Source of the DNA: an uncultured Candidatus Saccharibacteria bacterium
GTDB lineage: Bacteria; Patescibacteriota; Andersenbacteria; UBA10190
NCBI GenBank assembly: GCA_964371255.1
Contig: CAYJKV010000001.1
Coordinates: 32,573-96,572, forward strand
DNA: 64,000 nucleotides
Reading direction: 5' to 3'
Shown here: one piece after another, positions 56,338 through 64,000 of the stretch
How the letters are laid out: the number at the start of each line of letters is the position of its first letter
Numbering within the stretch: the first letter of the stretch is position 1
The notes under the pieces: model-generated
What the model was told of the DNA's origin: nothing
The model's database searches: none
What the model saw: the letters and a program-made list of their open reading frames with translations, nothing else
Made by a program: the position numbers and the translations under genes

Positions 56338-57060
56338 ATGATTAAAAGGCAAGAAGGAGAAATTATCTTAGGCGGACAGAGGTATAAGTATAGTCTGCGG
56401 CGCAACAAACGGGCGAAGCGGTTGATAATTAAAGTAAGTCAGATGGGTGATATAACGGTAATAATGCCTTGGTCCGGCGCAACCAGAGTGGCGGCAGAGT
56501 TCGTGCGCAGTAAGTCGGACTGGTTAGCTAAAGCGATTAAGGTTCAGCAAGCAAAAAAAGCGTCGCCCTTGGTGGAGCTAAGGGGCGGAGCGTGGCTGCC
56601 AATTCTGGGTGATGTTAAACAATTACGCATAGAGGTGGACCAGAACAGGCAGCGATCTACTTATAAAGAGAAAGGCAATGTTCTGGCGGTGACAGTAGCG
56701 CGAACAGGAGCGGTGAGGGAAACGGTGATCAGATGGTATCGGGTAAGAGCGGAAAAATATGTAAAAGTACAGGCAGACAGGCTGGCTAACCAAATAGGGG
56801 TAGGATTGAAAAAGATGGTGATGTCCAGTGCCAGAACCCAATGGGGCAGTTGTATTAAAGGAAAGGGAAGGATCTCTATTCAATGGCGTTTAGCCCAAGC
56901 CCCGCTGGGGGTGCTGAATTATGTTATTGCTCATGAGGTGATGCACTTAAAATTCGGTGGGCATGGCAAAGATTTCTGGGACGGTGTGTCCACTGTTTGT
57001 CCGGATTATAAGGAGAGACGACGGTGGTTAAGGGAAAAGGGCCAAAGCTTGTATTGGTAA
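56338..57060 (+). CDS. YgjP/DUF45 (SprT-like) metal-dependent hydrolase
   Basis: QWGSC, YVIAHEVMHL, HGKDFW. Confidence 0.9.
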   Translation: MIKRQEGEIILGGQRYKYSLRRNKRAKRLIIKVSQMGDITVIMPWSGATRVAAEFVRSKSDWLAKAIKVQQAKKASPLVELRGGAWLPILGDVKQLRIEVDQNRQRSTYKEKGNVLAVTVARTGAVRETVIRWYRVRAEKYVKVQADRLANQIGVGLKKMVMSSARTQWGSCIKGKGRISIQWRLAQAPLGVLNYVIAHEVMHLKFGGHGKDFWDGVSTVCPDYKERRRWLREKGQSLYW

Positions 57061-57149
57061 GAGAAGAGAAAACACCAAGATAGACGGTCTAGATAGGCAA
57101 CGATACTAATCTAAATAGGGTAGATACGAAAATAGAAATTAGTATCTAT

Positions 57150-57288
57150 TCACAAACCTGAGAAACCCCTCCTAACCCTGCCTACCGGCAGGCAGGCTCC
57201 CCTAGTATCAGGGGAGGAAACGTACTTGTCCCCCCCATGATAGGGGGGGGGTTAAGGGGGTTTTAAGGGACACCGCTCAGATTTGTGA
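57150..57288. mobile_element. MITE/REP-like non-autonomous element
   Basis: 13-bp terminal inverted repeats with one mismatch (tcacaaacctgag / ctcagatttgtga) enclosing GC-rich hairpins and a 20-bp palindrome. Confidence 0.55.
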
Positions 57289-57368
57289 GCTCGTACAGAA
57301 ATTACTATTGACAGCAGTATGCTAATATGGTAGTGTTGCAGTACTAAAAGATATTCTTAAATATTCAT

Positions 57369-57866
57369 ATGGCTTCAATAACAGGTGGAAATGCAATGGT
57401 AATGGCAAGCGTAACTATCGGATTAATGTTTATAATCCTAGTTGTCTTTGTGGTGAACGCGTTTGATCTAGACCGATTCCTATCGGTCAACAGTTGGACT
57501 AGTGATGGTAAGAAAGACGAGCCGGCTGTGACTGAAGAGGCAAAGGTAGAGGAAGAGCCGACTTTAGAGGCGGAAGAGGTGCGGCAGTTATTAGGTTTTA
57601 TTGATTATCCGGTGGTGAAGATTGAACCAAGATTGATAAGCTTGTTTTCGCCAGAAGCGCAAGAGGGGGTAGGACGGCTCAGCGAGGAAGAAATTCAGCA
57701 AAGGTGTGCTTTTATCTCGATTGATTTCAATCGTGATCGGTGCGTGCAGGCGGAGAGAGTTTGTGCTGAGATGATTGCGTCCGACCAGCAACACTGGGCG
57801 TGTCTCAATAGCAATGATTTTTGGATCGGAAAAGACTTAGCTTACGGAAAAGGAACTACCAAATAA
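57369..57866 (+). CDS. Membrane-anchored hypothetical protein with four Cys
   Basis: N-terminal TM, acidic linker; TTGACA promoter at about 57308. Confidence 0.6.
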   Translation: MASITGGNAMVMASVTIGLMFIILVVFVVNAFDLDRFLSVNSWTSDGKKDEPAVTEEAKVEEEPTLEAEEVRQLLGFIDYPVVKIEPRLISLFSPEAQEGVGRLSEEEIQQRCAFISIDFNRDRCVQAERVCAEMIASDQQHWACLNSNDFWIGKDLAYGKGTTK

Positions 57867-57924
57867 CACGCGGTCGAGGCAATTGCGGCTTGGCAACCGG
57901 GTGATTTTCTGATAAACAGACCAT

Positions 57925-58482
57925 ATGTTAGGAATGAACGACATAAAAAAAGGTAAGATGGTAGTGCTGGATGGTCAGCCGTTTGTGGTTATGACGGCGG
58001 ACTTTTTGAAGAAACAACAGCGACGGCCGGTAGTACGGGCAATTTTGAAACATATTAAAACAGGCCAAAATAAAGAACATACCTTTATGCAATCGGACAA
58101 GGTAGCCGAAGCAGAGATAGATCGGCGGCCATATCAGTTTTTGTATAAAGACGAAAGCGGCTGGCAGTTTATGGATCCGAAGACCTATGAACAAATTAGC
58201 TTGGCAGATGATGTGGTTGGTGAGATGGGCAAGTGGCTGATTGAAGGACAGGAGGCGTCGTTATTGATGTTTGAACAGCTGCCAGTTTTGGTGGAGCTGC
58301 CGATTAAGATTGACCGAGAAGTGATGATTGCTCCGCCTGGCATTAAGGGTGATACTTCGACTAATGTGATGAAAGAAGTCGAGATCGAAGGAGGAACAAA
58401 AGTAAAAGCACCGCTATTTATTAAGACGGGTGACAAGATCAGAATTGATACCAGGACCGGAACATACGTGGAGAGAGCGTAA
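57925..58482 (+). CDS. efp: Elongation factor P
   Basis: YQFLY, FMDPKTYEQ, PGIKGDT, PLFIKTGDKIRIDTRTGTYVER. Confidence 0.93.
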   Translation: MLGMNDIKKGKMVVLDGQPFVVMTADFLKKQQRRPVVRAILKHIKTGQNKEHTFMQSDKVAEAEIDRRPYQFLYKDESGWQFMDPKTYEQISLADDVVGEMGKWLIEGQEASLLMFEQLPVLVELPIKIDREVMIAPPGIKGDTSTNVMKEVEIEGGTKVKAPLFIKTGDKIRIDTRTGTYVERA

Positions 58483-58557
58483 GGACGGAAGCTCAAATTT
58501 CAAAATCTAAATGTCCCCTATCCCAATGACCAACGTAATCAGTTCTAGGAGGTAACA

Positions 58558-58854
58558 ATGTACGTGCACATTGCTCTTTTTAAGTGGAAACCAGGCATTA
58601 AGTTGAAGGATGTTGACCATGCCTTGAAAGGCGTGGAGGCACTCAAGGATAAAATACCTGGTCTGGTGGAGATTAGCACCGGTCAAAACAGTTCTCGCTA
58701 CTCGGCGGGATATACTCATGTCGTATTGGTACGCGCGAAGAACCAGGGAGCGATCGACGCATATCGGCAACACCCTGACCATGTGAAACTGGCGCAGGAG
58801 ATCGAAGCGATGGAGGAGCACGGTATTGGCGTAGATTTTAGCACGAACACATAG
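58558..58854 (+). CDS. Dabb (stress-responsive A/B barrel) protein
   Basis: HIALFKWK, IPG, YTH, Y..HPDH; AGGAGGT SD. Confidence 0.88.
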   Translation: MYVHIALFKWKPGIKLKDVDHALKGVEALKDKIPGLVEISTGQNSSRYSAGYTHVVLVRAKNQGAIDAYRQHPDHVKLAQEIEAMEEHGIGVDFSTNT

Positions 58855-58893
58855 ACCAAGGTCCTATCAAGAAGCGGGCACTAGCGAAATTGA

Positions 58894-59703
58894 TTACGAT
58901 GACGCGCTGCTGTAACGGCGCAGACCGGCCCGCCAGGCAAGATTGGCCAGAATTAGCAAGATGGCTGCGATGGCAATGGCGGTAGGCAGTTGCCATAATT
59001 GGAGCCGGCCGGTGATGGCTTGGGCAGGGACGAAAACAATAAAAGCTAGAGGCAGGGCATAGGTTAAGGCTAGACGGGGAGCGGTAGGAAATACATCAAA
59101 AGGAACCGTGAGCGGTTCAGTGATTAACTGCAGAAAACTCCAGAGTGCTTCCAGCCTCTCAATATAAAATACCAGTGAAGCAAGGAGAATGAGGAGGCTA
59201 TAGAAAACGATTAATCCGGTGGTGATCAGCAAAATCATCATTAACCAGGCACTAAGGTTGGGCTGGTAATTAAGTTGGGACAACGCATAGAAGAGAACAG
59301 CCAATCCGCCGCTGATGTGGCCGATAGTGCTATGCAGATAGAATTGTTTAAAAGAAGTGTAGAAAAGCACGGGACTAGGTTTGGTTAGATAAAAATCAAA
59401 ACTGCCTTTTTGCACAATGGTTGGCAGGTCGGCTATGTTACGGGTGAAAAAAGTGTCCATAATACCTTCAACAATACGAGAGAGGGCAAGAATAATCAGC
59501 GCCTCCGGTTTTTGCCAGCCGCCGATTGACTCAGTCTGGCTAAAAATTGTTTCAATCAGAAAAATGAAGGCGGCCAGCCACATGCCTTGTCGTAATATAC
59601 CGAGAAAGAAATTAGAGCGGAACTCCATTTCGCGAATAAAGCTGGCGCGGGCGTTAGCGCGCCAAACTCGCCACAGGTAACGGCTATTGGCCAGGAACGG
59701 CAT
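58894..59703 (-). CDS. ABC-2 family (DUF990-type) permease
   Basis: EFRSNF, GSFDFYLTKP, GLRRYSSASS. Confidence 0.88.
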   Translation of the reverse strand: MPFLANSRYLWRVWRANARASFIREMEFRSNFFLGILRQGMWLAAFIFLIETIFSQTESIGGWQKPEALIILALSRIVEGIMDTFFTRNIADLPTIVQKGSFDFYLTKPSPVLFYTSFKQFYLHSTIGHISGGLAVLFYALSQLNYQPNLSAWLMMILLITTGLIVFYSLLILLASLVFYIERLEALWSFLQLITEPLTVPFDVFPTAPRLALTYALPLAFIVFVPAQAITGRLQLWQLPTAIAIAAILLILANLAWRAGLRRYSSASS

Positions 59704-60487
59704 AGTGCTGCAAGCCTTTTTGCCAGAGAGCATAGGCGATCATGATTGTTAGAAAGATCCAAGCAGTCTGGTAAGACAATAATTGAAGTGATTGGTTAAA
59801 GGAGGTTTGGCCGAGCAATATTTCGGCCGGGACGGAAACGATGTACCGGAAGGGCAGAAAACTAAGAGCGGCATGGACGGCTGGGGGCATCATGACGAAG
59901 GGGACTAGGACACCGGAAGCGACAAGTTCGAAAATGTTCTTAAAACTTCTGATTTGTTGTGCTTCTTCGAGCCAAAAAGCCAGGAAACCAAAACAGGTTT
60001 CCAAGGTGAAGGATAAAATAAGGGCGAAGAGAAGGCTGGGGATAAAAAGCAGCCAGTGGGAAGGAATATAGATTTGAGGGGAAAGGGCGTGGGGAAAAAT
60101 AAATAGAAAAAAGATAAAAAGAGGGAGAGGAATAAGTAATTTGATACATTTTTCCACGGTATTGTTGATAATATCATTCCAAATCATGGGAAAGGGCCTG
60201 ACTAGATATTTGACGATATCGCCATTGAGAATCTCCCAGGCCGTAAAGAAACCGTGCCAGGCATCGGTAATGAGTTTGATAAAGATGACCAGCAGGAAGT
60301 AAGTTAAAGTGGCTTGGGGGGAGGGGCCGGTAGGGTTGTGCAGCGATACATTATACCAAAGAGCCAGAGATACCAGGGGGATGGAGGCCCCGGCCAAAGA
60401 CCAAGCGATGACATCGATGCGATATTCGAGTACGCGGCTCCATTCCATGGCATATACCCGCCCGATTTTTTGAAAAAATTTACGCAT
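59684..60487 (-). CDS. ABC-2 family permease
   Basis: LEYR, GDIVKYLVRP, LPFRY, GLQHY. Confidence 0.88.
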   Translation of the reverse strand: MRKFFQKIGRVYAMEWSRVLEYRIDVIAWSLAGASIPLVSLALWYNVSLHNPTGPSPQATLTYFLLVIFIKLITDAWHGFFTAWEILNGDIVKYLVRPFPMIWNDIINNTVEKCIKLLIPLPLFIFFLFIFPHALSPQIYIPSHWLLFIPSLLFALILSFTLETCFGFLAFWLEEAQQIRSFKNIFELVASGVLVPFVMMPPAVHAALSFLPFRYIVSVPAEILLGQTSFNQSLQLLSYQTAWIFLTIMIAYALWQKGLQHYAVPGQ

Positions 60488-61466
60488 AATTCTGGTTAGT
60501 GAAGAGCTCACGGACAACATTTTCGAGTGATGGTTCATCGATGGAAATGTCTTCGACTGGAAACTTGGTGAGTAGCTGGGCAGCGCGCTCGGTGGTTTGG
60601 TGGCGGGGGACATGTAAGACAGCGTGCAATGGCTGATATTTAACAATCTGTCCAAATGGCAGCAGGACGTCTCTGGCTACAGGCTGGGAGAAGGTTAGAA
60701 CGATACGCCGATGATCGACGTGCTGCTTGATCAGATCCTCGGTTGAACCATCATAGGCGATGCGGCCATGGTCAATTATGACTAGGCGACGAGCCAGTTC
60801 CCGGACATCGTCAAGGTAATGGCTGGTGAGGATAATGGTGGCGTTGTATTTTTGCTGATATTGTTTAATGAATTTACGAATTTTTTTCTGGACGACAATA
60901 TCAAGGCCAATGGTTGGTTCGTCCAGAAATAAGACTTGCGGGTGGTAAATTAAGGCGGCAGCCAGTTCGCCGCGCATGCGCTGGCCGAGTGAGAGTTTGC
61001 GGACCTGCACCTTAATGAATTTGTCGAGGTCTAATAGTTCGGTTAGCTCCCGCAAGTTGGCCTGAAAGACAGATTGGTCTATTTCGTAGATGTCCCTTTG
61101 CAGTAACAGCGAGTCGTAGAGGGGCAGGTCCCACCAGAGCTGGGCTTTTTGCCCCATGACGAGGGAAAAATTTCGCAAGAACTCCTTTTTCCGCTCCCAC
61201 GGGACATAGCCCATGACGGTGGCGGTGCCGGCGGTGGGATAGAGCAAGCCGGAGAGTATCTTTAGCGTGGTGGTTTTGCCAGCGCCATTAGGGCCGATAA
61301 AGCCAACGAGCTCGCCGGTCTGGATCGAAAGACTGATATTGTCAACTGCTGTGATCGTTTTATAACGACGCTTGAATAAACTCCTAATTGAGCCGTAAAT
61401 TCCTGGATCTTTTTGATGAACTCGGTAAGATTTGGTTAAACCTTTGATGTTAATTATGGCTGGCAT
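60480..61466 (-). CDS. ABC transporter ATP-binding protein
   Basis: GPNGAGKTT, LSLGQRMR, FLDEPTIGLD, TSH. Confidence 0.95.
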   Translation of the reverse strand: MPAIINIKGLTKSYRVHQKDPGIYGSIRSLFKRRYKTITAVDNISLSIQTGELVGFIGPNGAGKTTTLKILSGLLYPTAGTATVMGYVPWERKKEFLRNFSLVMGQKAQLWWDLPLYDSLLLQRDIYEIDQSVFQANLRELTELLDLDKFIKVQVRKLSLGQRMRGELAAALIYHPQVLFLDEPTIGLDIVVQKKIRKFIKQYQQKYNATIILTSHYLDDVRELARRLVIIDHGRIAYDGSTEDLIKQHVDHRRIVLTFSQPVARDVLLPFGQIVKYQPLHAVLHVPRHQTTERAAQLLTKFPVEDISIDEPSLENVVRELFTNQNYA

Positions 61467-61629
61467 AGAGAAATATGATGAAATATTGGTGGCTAAGTCA
61501 AGGGGCTTTAGTAAGACAAAAATTATCGGCAGATCTTTTTCATTATCCACAGGTTAGGTTAAACTACTATAACAGTATTTTAAGGTAGAGTTTGGTGCAG
61601 GTTATTTGCTCAATAATTATTAATGAAAA

Positions 61630-62493
61630 ATGGGTAATAGTATTACAGTTAGAACGAAACAGGTTTCTTCCTTAAGGCAATACTTGGAAGAAATTGGCCG
61701 TACTCCTTTATTAAAGGCTGAGGAAGAAGCTCGACTAGCTTTTAGAATCCAGGAAAAGCAGGACGAAGACGCGCGACAGTTGCTGATGAGAGCAAACTTG
61801 CGATTAGTTGTAAGCATTGCTAAGCAGTACGCTGCACCGCAAGATCAGGAAATGCTGTTGGATTTTATTCAGGAAGGGAATATCGGATTGATGAGGGCAG
61901 TTGACCGTTTTAAGCCGGAGTTTAAGACACGTTTTTCGACGTATGGAGTGTACTGGATCAGGCAGGCTATCTTGCGGGCGTTAAAGGCGCGGCGGATAGT
62001 GCGGCTGCCGGAGAATGTGGTGGATCAAGTAATGCAAATGAAGCGGATGCGCCAATCTCTTTATCAGATTCTTGGACGTTGGCCGACGACAGATGAACTG
62101 GCGGAGGAAATGGGTTTACCAATAAAAACTATAAACAGGCTGGAGGTAGCGGGAGCAGAGGTGGTGTCACTGGACCAACCGGTGCGGGGTAAAGAAGGGG
62201 AAGAAGAAACTCAGTTGAAAGAAATGATTGAGGATACAGAAACGATGAGTCCGAATCAGGTCACGCAGCGGGAGATGGTACGGAACGAGATAAGTTCAGC
62301 GGTAGCTTCGTTGCCGCCAAGGGAGAGGAAAATATTGGAACTGCGATTTGGTTTGGGTAACAAGAAGCGTCCATTTACGCTGGAAGAAATTGGGGCAGAG
62401 TTTGGGATCAGCCGCGAACGAGTCAGACAGTTGCAAAATGTGGCATTGTCGAGATTACGGCAAAGAAAAACAATGCAGCAGTTTTATAGCTAG
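61630..62493 (+). CDS. sigma70-family factor (RpoD/RpoS-like, lacking region 1.1)
   Basis: YLEEIG, ANLRLVVSIAKQY, IQEGNIGL, FSTY..YWIRQAI, TLEEIG...SRERVRQ. Confidence 0.93.
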   Translation: MGNSITVRTKQVSSLRQYLEEIGRTPLLKAEEEARLAFRIQEKQDEDARQLLMRANLRLVVSIAKQYAAPQDQEMLLDFIQEGNIGLMRAVDRFKPEFKTRFSTYGVYWIRQAILRALKARRIVRLPENVVDQVMQMKRMRQSLYQILGRWPTTDELAEEMGLPIKTINRLEVAGAEVVSLDQPVRGKEGEEETQLKEMIEDTETMSPNQVTQREMVRNEISSAVASLPPRERKILELRFGLGNKKRPFTLEEIGAEFGISRERVRQLQNVALSRLRQRKTMQQFYS

Positions 62494-62575
62494 GAAATGT
62501 CTGGTGCTAATACGGCATTGTATTGAGCACATAGACAAGGATTAGAGGTTGCTATAAGCATGATACAATGTCAGT

Positions 62576-63757
62576 ATGGGTCAGGCTTTTTTATATGGCG
62601 CAGCTACCAGCGCTCACCAGACGGAGGGCAATAACGTCAATAATGATTGGTGGGCCTGGGAGATGGGCCGGCCGACGGAGAAGAGATCTGGTTTGGCCAC
62701 GGACCACTATAATTGCTTCCGCGAAGATTTGGAATTAGCAAAACAGCTTGGACATAATGCCCATCGTTTTTCATTGGAATGGAGCCGGATTGAACCGCGG
62801 CGGGGAGAATGGGATAGATCTGCCCTAGCGCATTACCGGGAAGTCTTAGAAGAGTTGAATAAACTGGGGATGACACCCTTTGTCACTTTGCATCATTTCA
62901 CTAATCCCAGGTGGTTTGCGGAGCGAGGGGGGTGGTTAAAGGGTGATGCCGCTGAGCTTTTTGCCCGCTATGTGCGGGTGGTGGCCGATCATTTGGGCGA
63001 CCTGGCCCAATTTTGGATTACCTTAAACGAACCGGTGCTGTGGAGCAGCCTGGCATATTGGCAGAAACGATGGCCGCCCCAGCAGCACAGCGGTTACAAG
63101 TTCAATCGGGTCGTGCGTCATTTAGCCGCGGCTCATAATAAAGCCTACCGGGTACTGCATCAAAAGAGTCCCCGGGCGCAGGTGGGTATCGCTAAACACT
63201 TAGTGGCTTACCAGAGTGCCAGTGAGGCGTGGGCAGACCGCGCGGCCTGCCGGTTAATAGATTGGTGGTTTAATCGCCGGTTTTACAGCTTAACTTGGCC
63301 TAGACATGATTTTTTGGGTGTTAACTATTATTTTCAAAGGAAGGTGCAAGGGCAGATGCTTCCGCTTAAGATCCGACAAAGCGATGTGGCGGGGGGAAAA
63401 ACAGATATTAATTGGACGGTCGCGCCGGATGGTTTGCGTCAAGTATTAGAAAGCTTGCGATACTTGGAGCGTCCAATTTATGTGACGGAAAATGGTTTGG
63501 CTGACGCGAATGATCGACTGAGGGGTGATTTTATTCGAGACCACTTGCGTGCGGTGGAAGCGGCACAAGCCAACGGAACGGATGTGCGTGGGTATTTGCA
63601 TTGGTCTTTAATTGATAACTATGAGTGGGACTTGGGATTCGTGCCGCGATTCGGCTTAGTAGCGGTGGATTATAAAACAATGGCACGGCAGGTGAGGCCG
63701 AGTGCGCACGTTTACAAAAGTATTATTGAACAAGGCCGGAAGGAATCGCTGCATTAG
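62576..63757 (+). CDS. Glycoside hydrolase family 1
   Basis: GAATSAHQTEG, RFSLEWSRI, TLNEP, VTENG, WSLIDNYEW. Confidence 0.95.
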   Translation: MGQAFLYGAATSAHQTEGNNVNNDWWAWEMGRPTEKRSGLATDHYNCFREDLELAKQLGHNAHRFSLEWSRIEPRRGEWDRSALAHYREVLEELNKLGMTPFVTLHHFTNPRWFAERGGWLKGDAAELFARYVRVVADHLGDLAQFWITLNEPVLWSSLAYWQKRWPPQQHSGYKFNRVVRHLAAAHNKAYRVLHQKSPRAQVGIAKHLVAYQSASEAWADRAACRLIDWWFNRRFYSLTWPRHDFLGVNYYFQRKVQGQMLPLKIRQSDVAGGKTDINWTVAPDGLRQVLESLRYLERPIYVTENGLADANDRLRGDFIRDHLRAVEAAQANGTDVRGYLHWSLIDNYEWDLGFVPRFGLVAVDYKTMARQVRPSAHVYKSIIEQGRKESLH

Positions 63758-64000
63758 GCAGAAGGGAGAGAACGGAGTTGGGTTAGCAGATTTTTTTGGC
63801 TGGTAAATTTAATCACCTGCGCCGCCATAGCGCTTATGAAATGCGTGATGACACCTTGTTTGATGGCAACATAGATCGGTTTTTTTAGGGCGTAAGCGTA
63901 ACCAATCTCTAAGAGCATACCTTCGCTTGGCTCTGAGTTTTTGATATAGGCCAGGATGATGTCGGCGGCTCGCAAGTGCGGCAGAGACGAATCCATAATT
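63754..64000 (-). CDS. Nucleoside 2-deoxyribosyltransferase-like protein (5' part outside the window)
   Basis: ADIILA...SEGMLLEIGYAYALKKPI. Confidence 0.75.
   Translation of the reverse strand, partial: IMDSSLPHLRAADIILAYIKNSEPSEGMLLEIGYAYALKKPIYVAIKQGVITHFISAMAAQVIKFTSQKNLLTQLRSLPSA

Noticed and set aside
61543-61551. Replication origin
   Set aside because: Only one DnaA box, no dnaA/dnaN, and no change in strand bias noticed
1-64000. Alternative genetic code, tRNA/rRNA genes, and the many short antisense ORFs in the track
   Set aside because: Conserved genes are full length under code 11 with TGA stops; no tRNA or rRNA was recognised by eye; antisense ORFs overlap well-supported genes and lack motifs

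Overview
Gene-dense bacterial chromosomal segment using standard code 11 (TGA is a stop), with most genes on the G-rich + strand. Gene content and intergenic style suggest a Patescibacteria/CPR-type genome; this is inference, as no marker rRNA or tRNA was seen. Main blocks: (1) a decayed 0.8-2.6 kb patch with a resolvase relic, then DEAD-box helicase, typA and glycosyltransferases; (2) a minimal group 3b-like [NiFe]-hydrogenase pair facing an operon of ferredoxin, FAD oxidoreductase, DMT transporter, DUF6390-like protein and maturation protease, flanked by iscS/iscU; (3) PIG-L deacetylase plus nagB; (4) a cobalamin riboswitch heading two transcobalamin-like (DUF4430) surface proteins and a lone S-component-like membrane protein, followed by B12-dependent class II RNR and a PduO-type adenosyltransferase; (5) ArsR/glutaredoxin/DsbA/VKOR redox genes; (6) lgt, a UvrD-nuclease fusion and a beta-CASP RNase; (7) a nonulosonic-acid synthesis cluster; (8) efp with an atypical tip, an ABC exporter, a sigma70 factor and a GH1. 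Intergenic DNA holds degenerate 7-mer tracts, tiny palindromic elements that appear to have been inserted, a MITE-like element, several small ORFs missed by the ORF track, and many apparently leaderless promoters. All protein calls are from motif recognition, not database searches.
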